From Spirochaetales bacterium (GTDB lineage Bacteria; Spirochaetota; GWE2-31-10; MWDO01), in the NCBI GenBank assembly GCA_017540815.1, contig JAFYAI010000144.1:685-64684 (forward strand): 64,000 nucleotides of DNA, read 5' to 3'. Shown piece after piece: positions 23,520 through 34,128 of the stretch (positions are counted from its first letter, which is position 1; every line of letters starts with the position of its first letter). The notes below the pieces were generated by a model that worked only from the letters and a program-made list of their open reading frames with translations, had not been told where the DNA came from and did no database searches. The translations under genes were made by a program, and so were the position numbers.

Positions 23520-24539
23520 TCAGAATGTTTCCTCATAAGTAAGTTTATGACTGCTGTCTCGGCGAAGAGTCTCGCATAATATGCTTATTTTATTGCGTTT
23601 TGACGAATTCGCAGCAAAAGTTTCAGCCAATTCCAAATAATTATCACGAATTTTATAATTATGATCGATATGATATGCGTAAGCAATATAAAACAGAATT
23701 TCTTCTATAATAGTCTCATCCGTCACATACTGATACTTGGCAATATCATTAAGCACAACGATAAAATCCGTCGGTCCGGCATAAGAGAAGTCATACACAT
23801 TGCGCTTAACCAAATCACTGCAGCCTGTCATCCATACAATAGCCGCAAGAGTAAGATAAAACAAACCGTCATCTTTACGCTGCTGCAGCACAGCATGTTT
23901 GCCGATTGAATACAGTGCCCTCATATACTCGGTTCCTTCCAAACGATACACCCGGAAAACATGAGACAGCGACGGGTCAGTCTTAATATTGAATTTTATT
24001 CGTTGCCAGAGATCTTTTTCTTTCGATGCAAAGAAACTCTCGCAGATCTCCCTGTCTGTAATATCCTGCAGATCAAAGTCAAGACGCTTGCCATACACAT
24101 CGGAGAGTTTGTATTTCAGTTCAAGCTCTTCCTGCGGATACTCAAAATACGCTTTCGCCTGCAATGCAAATCTATACTCCTCTTCGGCCTCATCCAAGAA
24201 TCCTGTAGCAACATACAAGTCACCCATCAATTCATGATATTGAGGGAATGTGTCTTCTTTTTGAAAATCCGATTTCTTATCATTGACCATTCTGCGAACT
24301 TCATAATCGGTCTTATCCTTGTTGGCTGCCTTCAAAAGCTGATAATATTCTTCGACACGCTCATTAAACTGTGCGGCTTTTGCTTTGCGGGCTTCCAATA
24401 TGGCCTGAGCATACTCGCCCTTATGCTTGAGATTCTCTGCACGCTTAAGATACACCCAACTCGGCTCGGACAGCTGCTCCTGTGCAAAAACAGATATGAC
24501 AGCAGAAAATAATAATAATAATAAAACCGATTTCTTCAT
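23520..24539 (-). CDS. Exported TPR-like hypothetical protein
   Basis: Signal peptide MKKSVLLLLLFSAVISVFA; TPR-like helices (HELMGDLYVATGFLDEAEEEYRFAL). Confidence 0.7.
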   Translation of the reverse strand: MKKSVLLLLLFSAVISVFAQEQLSEPSWVYLKRAENLKHKGEYAQAILEARKAKAAQFNERVEEYYQLLKAANKDKTDYEVRRMVNDKKSDFQKEDTFPQYHELMGDLYVATGFLDEAEEEYRFALQAKAYFEYPQEELELKYKLSDVYGKRLDFDLQDITDREICESFFASKEKDLWQRIKFNIKTDPSLSHVFRVYRLEGTEYMRALYSIGKHAVLQQRKDDGLFYLTLAAIVWMTGCSDLVKRNVYDFSYAGPTDFIVVLNDIAKYQYVTDETIIEEILFYIAYAYHIDHNYKIRDNYLELAETFAANSSKRNKISILCETLRRDSSHKLTYEETF

Positions 24540-24552
24540 ATTAATTAATATT

Positions 24553-25584
24553 TTACTCACTATAGCGATTTAATAACATTAATAATTCGTCTAAAATCGA
24601 TTCGTTCTTTACAGTTTTTGTATCGTTTTCGCTGAATATTACGGACTTATCTTTGCCGCATGCCACTCCAAAGTCGGCATCACGAGCTTCGCCCGGTCCG
24701 TTGACCACACAGCCCATGATGGCGACTTTCACGGGGCGGTACAGTTTCACATCGGCACTGCGGATCTTAAACTGACGCACGATCTCAAACAGATTAGTGC
24801 CTGTTCGTCCGCATGTCGGGCAGCTGACAACTTCCAGCGGACTCTTGCGAAGCCCTATACTCTCAAGGATCTTAATACCCGTCCGAACCTCATCTTCTTC
24901 AGGTGCAGTGAGACTCACTCTGATCGTGCTGCCGATGCCGTCGAGGAGCAGGTGACTTATGCCTATCGCATTCTTAATAGTGCCGTCGAAGTTATCACCC
25001 GCCTCGGTCACACCGATATGCAGTGGCAAACCGAATTTTATCGTCGCCATGCGGTTGACTTTCAGCGTCTCCATCACATTCGACGACTTAAACGACAGCA
25101 CAATCCTGTCATAGCCGTATTTATCGAAGTAGCCAAGCTCTTCCTCTGCTGCCGCAATCATCGCTTCGCATTTATCGGGGATCTTATCGGTGATATGCTT
25201 GGGCAGTGAGCCGCCGTTAATGCCGATACGCACCGGTATGCCGTATTCTTTCAGACAGCTGATCACACTTGCCACGCGTGACTCATCGCCGATATTGCCC
25301 GGATTGATGCGGACTTTGGCTACACCTGCCTGTATCGCTCCGATCGCCAGCCGATAATCGAAGTGAATATCGGCGACAACAGGTATGGGCGACTCCCTGA
25401 CGATCATCCTGATAGCCTCAACAGACGGCTCATCAGGCACAGTTATGCGGATAATATCACAGCCGATACTCGCCAGATGATTTATCTTATGCAAAGTCAA
25501 AGCCACATCTGTTGTAGGATTTTTTATCATAGTCTGCACCGGTATTATACCGGGCTTTAATTCGATATTGCCGATTTTAATCAT
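24553..25584 (-). CDS. ispG: (E)-4-hydroxy-3-methylbut-2-enyl diphosphate synthase
   Basis: ADIHFDYRLA, RINPGNIG, PLHIGVTEAG, SCPTCGR, GCVVNGPGEA. Confidence 0.96.
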   Translation of the reverse strand: MIKIGNIELKPGIIPVQTMIKNPTTDVALTLHKINHLASIGCDIIRITVPDEPSVEAIRMIVRESPIPVVADIHFDYRLAIGAIQAGVAKVRINPGNIGDESRVASVISCLKEYGIPVRIGINGGSLPKHITDKIPDKCEAMIAAAEEELGYFDKYGYDRIVLSFKSSNVMETLKVNRMATIKFGLPLHIGVTEAGDNFDGTIKNAIGISHLLLDGIGSTIRVSLTAPEEDEVRTGIKILESIGLRKSPLEVVSCPTCGRTGTNLFEIVRQFKIRSADVKLYRPVKVAIMGCVVNGPGEARDADFGVACGKDKSVIFSENDTKTVKNESILDELLMLLNRYSE

Positions 25585-25610
25585 GAGTAAAGTCCTTTTT
25601 GTAATTATAA

Positions 25611-25650
25611 CAAAAAAAAGAGATTTTGCAACAGCAAAATCTCTTTTTTT
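25611..25650 (-). terminator. Hairpin/terminator between rseP and ispG
   Basis: A-run GAGATTTTGC-aaca-GCAAAATCTC T-run. Confidence 0.7.
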
Positions 25651-25659
25651 ACATTTTAT

Positions 25660-27042
25660 TTACTTTATCAAATTCGACACATCGATATATGCAATCACGA
25701 TCGACAGTGTGATCAGCACGGCGAAGCCGGCAAGATTAATGATATACAGCACTTTGAGTTTCAGCTTGCGGCGGACTATCATCTCGTAGAGGCACAGCAC
25801 AATGTGACCGCCGTCAACTGCCGGAAACGGAAGCAGATTAAAGAATGCCAATGCCAATGAAATAACCGATATTATATAGACAAAGTTTCGCACTCCGTCG
25901 GCAAGATTATTCCTGAATCCAGATATTGTTGCCTCTCCGATCATTGCTCCGATGCGGATAGGACCGCCAACCTGATTCTGCACATTCTTCTTAGGCATAA
26001 AGATAAGGCTGTGCAGACCGATCGCAGACATCGCAATGACATCTCCGCTTTGGCACAGACCATCCCACAGTGCAGCATGAGGTAGTTTACCCGGAGTATG
26101 GACGGTCGGCACGGCAAAATTCAGCCAACAGTCATCCTGCCCGATAATATGATTGATCTCATCAAAGACGACAGGAGCCTCAAAATATGTATCACCGCGG
26201 TTAATACCGAACATCGCAGTCATAGACTCACCGAAATGATGCTGCAGATATTGATTGATATATACATCTGTAATATTCTCCGTATCACCGTTAATGCTGA
26301 CGATAATATCGCCGTCGGCAAGATTCATATATTTGGCAAGTTTACTATTCGCTGCGTCGGCAACTGTCGGACTCAGCCAATAATAAACACCGACGACAGC
26401 TTTCATCTGCGACGCATCCCAACGCGGATAAACCGTGACACTCTCGATCTGAGCATCACGCTCCACGGTAAACACAATGGGTTTCTTTCCATTATATATC
26501 ATCTTCTTGGTAAGTTCATCGTAGTAATGAATCGGTTTGCCGTTAATAGCGACGATCTTATCGCCGGACAGCAGCCCGCCCTCACTCGCCGGAGAACGCT
26601 CCGTCACTTCGCCGAACTTACTCTGCACATCATCAATGAGCAGAATACGACTGTCAAGACGCTGCCGATCTGTGCTGCACATAGCCAGACATGAGAACAT
26701 AATGACAGCAATGAGGAAGTTCATAAAAGGTCCTGCGAATGCGATAAGCAGCCGCTTCCAGCTTGCAGTGCCATAGAAACTGTCAGGATCGCGAACACTT
26801 TCATCCGACTCGTCGATCGCTTCGTCACCTTTGAACTTGCAGAACCCGCCTATCGGGAATACACTTATCTGATAACTTGTTCCGCCTCTTGTAAATCCGA
26901 TTAGTTTCGGTCCCCAGCCGATTGCAAAAGTCTCGACTTTCACTCCAAACAGTTTGGCAACTACGAAATGTCCGCCTTCGTGAAAAAAAACTAAAATGCC
27001 GAATCCGATCACGGCAACTATGATTGTTAATAAAGTAGTCAT
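25660..27042 (-). CDS. rseP: RIP metalloprotease RseP (site-2 protease with PDZ domains)
   Basis: HEGGH zinc motif, PIGGFCK, PDZ (SPASEGGLLSGDKIVAING), NLLPFPAVDGG. Confidence 0.93.
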   Translation of the reverse strand: MTTLLTIIVAVIGFGILVFFHEGGHFVVAKLFGVKVETFAIGWGPKLIGFTRGGTSYQISVFPIGGFCKFKGDEAIDESDESVRDPDSFYGTASWKRLLIAFAGPFMNFLIAVIMFSCLAMCSTDRQRLDSRILLIDDVQSKFGEVTERSPASEGGLLSGDKIVAINGKPIHYYDELTKKMIYNGKKPIVFTVERDAQIESVTVYPRWDASQMKAVVGVYYWLSPTVADAANSKLAKYMNLADGDIIVSINGDTENITDVYINQYLQHHFGESMTAMFGINRGDTYFEAPVVFDEINHIIGQDDCWLNFAVPTVHTPGKLPHAALWDGLCQSGDVIAMSAIGLHSLIFMPKKNVQNQVGGPIRIGAMIGEATISGFRNNLADGVRNFVYIISVISLALAFFNLLPFPAVDGGHIVLCLYEMIVRRKLKLKVLYIINLAGFAVLITLSIVIAYIDVSNLIK

Positions 27043-27060
27043 TTGTATTATTCCATATTA

Positions 27061-27139
27061 TGTCATTCCGAGCATAGCCGAGGAATCTATAATAGATTTC
27101 TCCATTACGCTCACTTTATTCGCTCCAGTCGAAATGACA
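27061..27139. repeat. Palindromic repeat element (TGTCATTCCGAG...GTCGAAATGACA family)
   Basis: Terminal inverted repeat TGTCATT/AATGACA with an internal GAGGAATCT/AGATTTCTC stem; partial copies at 48271-48298 and 56895-56920. Confidence 0.7.
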
Positions 27140-27267
27140 AGATTATTTATAATGAAATTATAATTATTTTTGAATTAAAAGACAAGTTTTTTTTTAAAAA
27201 AAGTGGACATTAATAGAAAAAAAATTTATAATGAATTACTATTATATAGAAAATAAGGAGCATTACA

Positions 27268-28521
27268 ATGGTAAAAATCAAACCGTTCAAAGGCATACTG
27301 CCTTCCAAAGACCTGTTAGACAAGGTTGTCGCACCTCCGTATGATGTGCTCTCATTCGCCGACTGCAAAAATCTTACAAACAATAATCCGCATTCTCTGA
27401 TACATATCACCCGATCCGAGGCTGACTTCCCCGACGGGACAGATCCGTATTCTCAGGCTATATATGACAAAGCGAAAGAAAATCTCGCTGCATTTCTCAA
27501 AAACGGCATCCTCGTGCAGGATCCTGACGAATATTACTATGTCTATCGCCAGACGATGAACGGACGAACTCAGACGGGATTCTTCTGTGCTGCAAGTGCC
27601 TACGACTATATGGACGGCATTATCAAGAAACACGAGAACACCCGCAAAGACAAAGAGGATGACCGCATTCGCCACATTCGGACGACGAACTGCCAGTGTG
27701 AGCCTGTATTCCTTGCTTACAAATACAACGACGCTCTGAATGACATCCTTACAAATGCCGTTAAGAGTCCTGCACATTTCGACTTTGGCACACCTGACGG
27801 CACTCATCATGAGCTGTGGAAGGTCACGGATAAGGCGGTGATTGCCCGGATCACAGATGAGTTCAAGAAACTCGACTGCTTATACATTGCCGACGGTCAT
27901 CACAGATCTGCAGCAGCAACCAACTACTGCAAAGCAAAAGACGCAGAATTGGGCAACACCAACCGCAGCACCGATGAAGAATATCAGTATTTTATGTCTG
28001 TCGTATTCCCGGACAGAGACTTATATATCTATCCGTATAACCGAGTTATCAGGAAACTCAATATGCCGCTCGGTGACTTCATGGACAAAGTCGGGCAGAG
28101 TTTCTCGGTTGAGAAAGTCAATGCCAACGATGGAGAAGGCTACTCACCTAAGCATCACGGCGAAGTCGGACTATATATCAACGGCAGCTGGTATTGTCTG
28201 AAGTATAAAGGCACGATTGACAAGACTGATCCTGTCGGCTCACTTGATGTCGCTGTCCTGCAGAATAATATCCTGTCTCCGATACTCGGCATCACTGATC
28301 CGCGGACAGATAAGAATATTGACTTCATCGGAGGCATCAAAGGCTCTGCATATCTGAAAGGACTTGTAGACAGCGGTGAAATGTGCATGGCATTCAGCAT
28401 GTATCCGACAAGTATTGATGAGCTGTTCGCAGTAGCCGACAAAAGTCTGCTCATGCCGCCGAAATCAACTTGGTTTGAGCCGAAACTGCTGTCAGGCATT
28501 ATGCTGCATAAATTGGATTAA
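27268..28521 (+). CDS. DUF1015 family protein
   Basis: VVAPPYDV, IKKHENTR, YIADGHHR, MPPKSTWFEPKL. Confidence 0.92.
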   Translation: MVKIKPFKGILPSKDLLDKVVAPPYDVLSFADCKNLTNNNPHSLIHITRSEADFPDGTDPYSQAIYDKAKENLAAFLKNGILVQDPDEYYYVYRQTMNGRTQTGFFCAASAYDYMDGIIKKHENTRKDKEDDRIRHIRTTNCQCEPVFLAYKYNDALNDILTNAVKSPAHFDFGTPDGTHHELWKVTDKAVIARITDEFKKLDCLYIADGHHRSAAATNYCKAKDAELGNTNRSTDEEYQYFMSVVFPDRDLYIYPYNRVIRKLNMPLGDFMDKVGQSFSVEKVNANDGEGYSPKHHGEVGLYINGSWYCLKYKGTIDKTDPVGSLDVAVLQNNILSPILGITDPRTDKNIDFIGGIKGSAYLKGLVDSGEMCMAFSMYPTSIDELFAVADKSLLMPPKSTWFEPKLLSGIMLHKLD

Positions 28522-28523
28522 CT

Positions 28524-30200
28524 ATGATAAAACTCATTGAGGAGCGGGTCCGCAAGATTAAATTAAGTTATAAAATTCTCTTATACATTGGCATGTCGAT
28601 CCTATGGTCACTTGCCAATGTCGGGTATTCTTTCGGATTCCTAACATGGTTTGCTCTTGTACCGATGCTGTTTATGCTGCGATATGAGACTATCAAGTCT
28701 GCCGCTGTGTATTCAACTCTGTTTGGATTTGTATTCTATCTGACTAACTTCTGGTGGATGGGAGTCCCGTTTGTCAAATTCTTCGGCGGCAATCCGCTTA
28801 CCGCTGCACTTGGCGGGATACTCGGATTCATAGTCGTGATAATCCTTTCGGCATGGCACGGACTCAGCTATACTGTGGCTGTATTCCTCACAAAATATGT
28901 CTCCGAGAAGAAAAGTCAGATGTTCTATGCAGCATTCCCGATCATAATGACGGCAGCGGACTATTTCTTCCCGAAACTGTGGCATGATCAGATCGGATAT
29001 TCGCAGTATATCTTCTTGGGATTCTGCCAAACGGCTGATATATTCGGAGTACCGATTATTACGCTGATAATCTTATTCTGCAATGTGACGGTGCTGATGA
29101 TCGTCGAGTCATACCTGCTGCGTAAGCCGATGCATATCCCGATTATTTCATTCTTATGCGTCATTGCAGTCGTCACCGTAACGATAGTCTATGGCAACCT
29201 GCGGCTTGATCAGCTCAATACTCTGGCAGGAGATATGCCGAAAGCCAAAGTTGCTGTCATCCAGGGCAACATCAGCAGAGCAAACAAGCATAAAGCAGAT
29301 CGTAATAAAAAAACAGACAGCATACGACCAAATATATACACTAGACTTACTATGTCTATCCTTGACCAATCTCCGGATCTCGTTGTTTGGCCTGAGTCTG
29401 CTATGATGACAAAACTTGATGCCAATCTGGAATATTTCGACAATATCATGCAGTTCCACGGTGTGCCGCTGCTGTTCGGGTCGTCAGCCATTATATACAA
29501 TCACTCGGATGACAAAGCGAAATCAGTCAGATACAACTCGCTGTTCTTCGTCAATGAGAACGCACGATTAATAGACAGATATGACAAGATGAGACTCATT
29601 CCATTCGCAGAGACAATGCCGCTGCCGGGGTTGGGTCAGATAATGCAATGGTACGGGCTTTTGCCTTTTACGGAAGGATCATCGCACCGCATTATGACTG
29701 CCGGAGATATAAGATTCAGTCCGAATATCTGCTACGAAGATCTTATGCCGGATCTTATTCGGCGAGGTATGAATGGATCTCCATCACATAAGGCTCAAAA
29801 AGCCAATCTTATCATTAATGCAACTAATGATTCATGGTTCGGCAGCACTCCTGCTGCGAGGATGCACCTGCATATAAGTGCTTTCCGAGCGATAGAGAAT
29901 CGCCGAACACTTGTTAGAGCGACATGCACCGGTTACTCTATGGTTTGTCTGCCGACAGGTCAGATGATACAGCGGACTGATCTTGACGAAAAAGCAGCAT
30001 TCGTCTCGGAAGTTCCTCTATCAGATGAGAATACTATATATGATAACGGCGGATGGGTGTTTGTATATATCCTGCTGTTTATCGCATTATTGCTTCCGCT
30101 CATAACACTCATTGTCCGCGGCAGACGACAGCTGCTGCTCAACAAGCGGCTGAGAGAGAAACGCCATCAGGAGAGACTGTTCCAAAGTTGGATTGATTAA
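28524..30200 (+). CDS. lnt: Apolipoprotein N-acyltransferase
   Basis: N-terminal TM helices; nitrilase triad WPES, YDKMRLIPFAE, ICYED; TNDSWFG; FRAIENRR. Confidence 0.92.
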   Translation: MIKLIEERVRKIKLSYKILLYIGMSILWSLANVGYSFGFLTWFALVPMLFMLRYETIKSAAVYSTLFGFVFYLTNFWWMGVPFVKFFGGNPLTAALGGILGFIVVIILSAWHGLSYTVAVFLTKYVSEKKSQMFYAAFPIIMTAADYFFPKLWHDQIGYSQYIFLGFCQTADIFGVPIITLIILFCNVTVLMIVESYLLRKPMHIPIISFLCVIAVVTVTIVYGNLRLDQLNTLAGDMPKAKVAVIQGNISRANKHKADRNKKTDSIRPNIYTRLTMSILDQSPDLVVWPESAMMTKLDANLEYFDNIMQFHGVPLLFGSSAIIYNHSDDKAKSVRYNSLFFVNENARLIDRYDKMRLIPFAETMPLPGLGQIMQWYGLLPFTEGSSHRIMTAGDIRFSPNICYEDLMPDLIRRGMNGSPSHKAQKANLIINATNDSWFGSTPAARMHLHISAFRAIENRRTLVRATCTGYSMVCLPTGQMIQRTDLDEKAAFVSEVPLSDENTIYDNGGWVFVYILLFIALLLPLITLIVRGRRQLLLNKRLREKRHQERLFQSWID

Positions 30201-30207
30201 ATAATAA

Positions 30208-30244
30208 AAAACAAGAGGTTTCGTATAGAAATCTCTTGTTTTTT
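30208..30244. terminator. Bidirectional terminator between lnt and MATE
   Basis: AAAACAAGAGGTTTC-gtata-GAAATCTCTTGTTTT between convergent genes. Confidence 0.75.
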
Positions 30245-31592
30245 ATCCTATCTTACTCATTTCTTTACGATATATCACAGCAAAATATATCAGTTCTGCT
30301 ATAGCAGTAATAGTCCATGATACAGGATAGAGCATAAACAGTGATGCCGGTGTATGTATCCGTGCAAATATCGTAAATATCCATATAATCCTGAATACAC
30401 ACGACCCCATAATGACTATAATCGTCGGCATAATGCCGTGTCCCAAAGCCCTCGCACCTGCAATAGTGCAGTCCATAAGAGCGGTAACGCCGTAGACCAT
30501 ACCGAGATACCGCAGCCGATATATACCGGCCCGGATCACCGCCGGATCGGAACTGAATATACTCATAAATGTCTGTCCGAATATTATAAACAGAAAGAAT
30601 GCAATCTGTCCAACCGCCGCCGAGAACAAAAGACACCACAGATAACTGTCTCTTATACGGCGGCGGATACCTGCTCCGAAGTTCTGCCCCATAAATGAGC
30701 CGCATGCAGTGTAGAATGCAGCCATCATATTATAAACAATCGCATCTGCATTGCCTGCCGCACCGTTGCCGGCAACAAACGAAGCATCGAAAGAATTAAC
30801 TCCGTATTGGAAGAACATATTTGCGATATGGAAAACTCCTATCTGTGCAGAATACGGCAGTCCGAGAGACAGTATCGTCTTCAGCATTCCGGGATCGAGT
30901 TTCAGAGCAGACAATCTGAGTTTGTGCGGCTGCTTCGACATAATCAAAGCAATCAGCACACTGCCGGCTGACAGGTACTGAGATATAACTGTCGCCAACG
31001 CAACTCCTGCCACACTCATTTTAAAGAATATGACAAACACAAGATTAAGTATTATATTGATGATACCGCTTACAGTCAGTATGTAGAACGGTTTGCGTGT
31101 GTCTCCTGCCGCAGAGTAAACTGCATTACCGAAGTTGTATATCGCTCCTGCCGGCAGTCCGCAGAATACTATCCTTAGATACAGTTTCGCTCCGTCGAAC
31201 AGTTCTGCACGCGTGCCAATCAGTGTCAGCAAAGGATGACAGACGCACTGAGCGGTCGTAAAGAATGTCAAACCGATAATCATACTTATGATAAATGCCG
31301 TGCTGACAGACTTAGCGATATTGTCATGATTTTTTGTGCCATAGTGATATGCGACGACAACATTAATGCCGCCGCCGAACCCCATGATCATCCCGCCGAA
31401 AAATATCGCAACAATCGCTGCAGAACTTACCGAGCCGAGAGCCATATCTCCGGCGAATCTGCCAACAACAGCTATATCGGCGATATTAAACATCACCTGT
31501 AGCACATTCGTTACCATCAGCGGCAGGCTAAAGAACATAATCTGTTTCGGCAAATTGCCGACTGTTAAATCTTTTGTGTTGCGAATACTCAT
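30243..31592 (-). CDS. MATE family efflux transporter
   Basis: DLTVGNLPKQI..FSLP, GDTRKP, NIILNLVFV, VAGVALATVISQ, GQNFGAG. Confidence 0.92.
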   Translation of the reverse strand: MSIRNTKDLTVGNLPKQIMFFSLPLMVTNVLQVMFNIADIAVVGRFAGDMALGSVSSAAIVAIFFGGMIMGFGGGINVVVAYHYGTKNHDNIAKSVSTAFIISMIIGLTFFTTAQCVCHPLLTLIGTRAELFDGAKLYLRIVFCGLPAGAIYNFGNAVYSAAGDTRKPFYILTVSGIINIILNLVFVIFFKMSVAGVALATVISQYLSAGSVLIALIMSKQPHKLRLSALKLDPGMLKTILSLGLPYSAQIGVFHIANMFFQYGVNSFDASFVAGNGAAGNADAIVYNMMAAFYTACGSFMGQNFGAGIRRRIRDSYLWCLLFSAAVGQIAFFLFIIFGQTFMSIFSSDPAVIRAGIYRLRYLGMVYGVTALMDCTIAGARALGHGIMPTIIVIMGSCVFRIIWIFTIFARIHTPASLFMLYPVSWTITAIAELIYFAVIYRKEMSKIG

Positions 31593-31737
31593 TTAATCAC
31601 AAATATAACAAAAAAACATTGATTAATCAAAGAATTTTAATATTTTTTTATCAAATTTTTTTCTTTGTTAGAATTACTTGATTTTAAGCAAAAAATCGAG
31701 TAATATTGTAATACGAAAAGATAAATGGGGGATATAA

Positions 31738-33435
31738 ATGCAGGATATGTTTAATAAATACTTGTCTTTGCGGCGTAAAATACTCGTCGTCGATGATGAA
31801 CTGATCAATCGCGAAGTCCTTGGTAATATAATAAACAGTGATTATGATGTGTTGTTTGCTGCAGACGGCGATGAAGCATTAAAGATAATACGCAAAGAAG
31901 AACAAACTTTGTCACTGATTATGCTGGATCTGATAATGCCGCATATTGATGGTTACGAAGTGCTGCGATCCATGCAGAACTCACCAAATCTTAAGAGAAT
32001 ACCTGTAATAGTGCTGACAGCAGATAAATCTGCGGAGATCAAAAGTCTTGAACTCGGAGCGGCAGACTTTATCTCTAAACCTTACGATATGCCGGAAGTC
32101 ATACTTGCCCGTGTTCGCAGATTGATACAACTGGCTGAGAGCTATGCGATGCTTAATCGAACTGAGTTTGATGCTCTGACAGGGCTGTATAACATAGAGT
32201 TTTTTTGGGAGTACTGTAGCCGATATGACATATTCTTCCCGCATGTACAGACTGACTGCATAGTTATCAATATCAATAAATTCCATATTCTTAACGAACT
32301 GCACGGCCGTGAATACGGCGATATGATATTGAAGACTATATCTTCATTCCTGCAAAATACTGTCGCTAAGAAAGACGGCTTCGCATGCCGCCGCAGTGAT
32401 GATACATTCTATGTGTATATACCTCATCAGCCTGACTATGAGCAGATGATCTCAGACCTTGAGTCATACATTCAGAGTGCAGCCGGTAATGCTCGGATAA
32501 GTCTCCGTATCGGTATATATACACGAACTGACCATTCAGAGCCGATAAACAGCGGATTTGAGAATGCCAACACAGCATGCAGCAGAGGTCGCAGCAGCTA
32601 TAAGACTGTAATAACAAAATATGATAATGCTCTGCATGAGAAAGAACTGTATAACGAACGCCTGCTGCAGGAGACGGACAAAGCTCTGCAAGAGAAACAG
32701 TTCCGAGTGTGTTTCCAGCCGAAATATAAAATCACAGGTGCAGTGCCGACACTTACAAGTGCAGAAGCACTAATCAGGTGGCAGCATCCGACTCTCGGAA
32801 TGATCAGTCCGGGAACATTTATCCCGCTGTTTGAGGAGAACGGACTCATCCATAAACTCGATCATTATGTTTGGGATGAGACAGCGGCTAACATCCGTGC
32901 TTGGAAAGATAAATACGGCACATCAGTACCGGTATCAGTCAATGTGTCAAGAATGGATATATACGATCCCAATCTGGAACAGGAACTGCTCGGTATCGTG
33001 CATGCTCACAATCTTACCACATCAGACTTGCTGCTGGAAGTAACAGAGTCTGCTTATACTGATAACTCTAAGCAGATCATCCGGACTGTGGAGGCTCTGC
33101 GGGCGGACGGATTTCGCGTAGAGATGGACGACTTTGGATCAGGATATTCATCATTGAATATGTTGTCCGATCTGCCGATCGATGCACTTAAGCTGGATAT
33201 GGGATTTGTAAGAAATATCTGCGTCAATGAAAAAGATATGAAAATGGTGAATCTGATGATAGACATCGCCAAATATCTGGAAGTTTCTGTCATTGCAGAA
33301 GGTGTAGAGACAGAAGAACAATATCTGAGATTAAGAAATGCCGGATGCGACATAATACAGGGATATTATTTCTCTAAGCCGCTGTTCCCGGATGATTTTG
33401 AAAAGTTATTAGTCAATAAGGAGTGGAAATGCTAA
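31738..33435 (+). CDS. Response regulator REC - degenerate GGDEF - EAL (probable c-di-GMP phosphodiesterase)
   Basis: ILVVDD...MLDLIMP receiver; DALTGLYN with SDDTF in place of GGDEF; EALIRW, DDFGSGYSS, EGVET, QGYYFSKP. Confidence 0.9.
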   Translation: MQDMFNKYLSLRRKILVVDDELINREVLGNIINSDYDVLFAADGDEALKIIRKEEQTLSLIMLDLIMPHIDGYEVLRSMQNSPNLKRIPVIVLTADKSAEIKSLELGAADFISKPYDMPEVILARVRRLIQLAESYAMLNRTEFDALTGLYNIEFFWEYCSRYDIFFPHVQTDCIVININKFHILNELHGREYGDMILKTISSFLQNTVAKKDGFACRRSDDTFYVYIPHQPDYEQMISDLESYIQSAAGNARISLRIGIYTRTDHSEPINSGFENANTACSRGRSSYKTVITKYDNALHEKELYNERLLQETDKALQEKQFRVCFQPKYKITGAVPTLTSAEALIRWQHPTLGMISPGTFIPLFEENGLIHKLDHYVWDETAANIRAWKDKYGTSVPVSVNVSRMDIYDPNLEQELLGIVHAHNLTTSDLLLEVTESAYTDNSKQIIRTVEALRADGFRVEMDDFGSGYSSLNMLSDLPIDALKLDMGFVRNICVNEKDMKMVNLMIDIAKYLEVSVIAEGVETEEQYLRLRNAGCDIIQGYYFSKPLFPDDFEKLLVNKEWKC

Positions 33436-33770
33436 CCATTGAAAAATTAAAAGCATTCGGTGCTAATACCGAAGAAGGATTAAAGAGATGTGTCAATAAA
33501 GAGGATTTTTATCTGAGGATGGTCAATAAAGCACTTGAAGGGGATCAGATAGAACAGTTAAGCAGTGCTCTCGCCGAGAAAAATCTCGACAAAGCATTTG
33601 AACTGGCACACACTCTCAAAGGAGTCCTCGCCAACCTTGCCCTGACTCCGCTGCTTGAACCGATCAACACTATGACAGAGTTGCTGCGTTCAAGGACTGA
33701 TACCGATTATTCAGCTCTGCTTCTGCAGAGCCAGTCCAAGTGGACAGAACTGAAAAAATTGGCAGAGTAA
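33429..33770 (+). CDS. Stand-alone Hpt (histidine phosphotransfer) protein
   Basis: AHTLKGVLANL phospho-His motif; overlaps the upstream stop codon. Confidence 0.85.
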   Translation: MLTIEKLKAFGANTEEGLKRCVNKEDFYLRMVNKALEGDQIEQLSSALAEKNLDKAFELAHTLKGVLANLALTPLLEPINTMTELLRSRTDTDYSALLLQSQSKWTELKKLAE

Positions 33771-33806
33771 TAATGTATAATGCACAGTTTGCATTATACA
33801 TTATTA
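33768..33806. repeat. Heptamer-derived hairpin joining two convergent stop codons
   Basis: TAATAATGTATAATGCA-cagtt-TGCATTATACATTATTA; the arms include both TAA codons. Confidence 0.7.
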
Positions 33807-34094
33807 CACACTGCCCACTACATCAATCTCGAAAACTTTGATCCCTTCATCCGGAAAATCCATCTTGAGATCTTTGACCGCTTTGATAATCTTCTCGGCA
33901 AGAGTCTCATCGCAATAGATGATCAGCATAAAATTCTCTTCCGGCCAAACGGCATCGCCCATCTTAGGGTTGGATGTCCCCTCTCCGTGGACGATAGGTA
34001 TCTTAGTATAATGCGGATGTGCGTCGAATTGTCTAAATCGGTCAAACATATCCTCTTCAACGGCTCGATTTGCAATGATTTCAAGCTTTTTCAT
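33804..34094 (-). CDS. PII-like transporter-associated protein (PG0541-type)
   Basis: 96 aa, KKLEIIANRAVEED, VHGEGTSNPKMGDAVWPEEN; lies at the end of an RND operon. Confidence 0.8.
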   Translation of the reverse strand: MKKLEIIANRAVEEDMFDRFRQFDAHPHYTKIPIVHGEGTSNPKMGDAVWPEENFMLIIYCDETLAEKIIKAVKDLKMDFPDEGIKVFEIDVVGSV

Positions 34095-34128
34095 ATTATG
34101 ACTCCTTAAGTTAATTATACATTATGAA

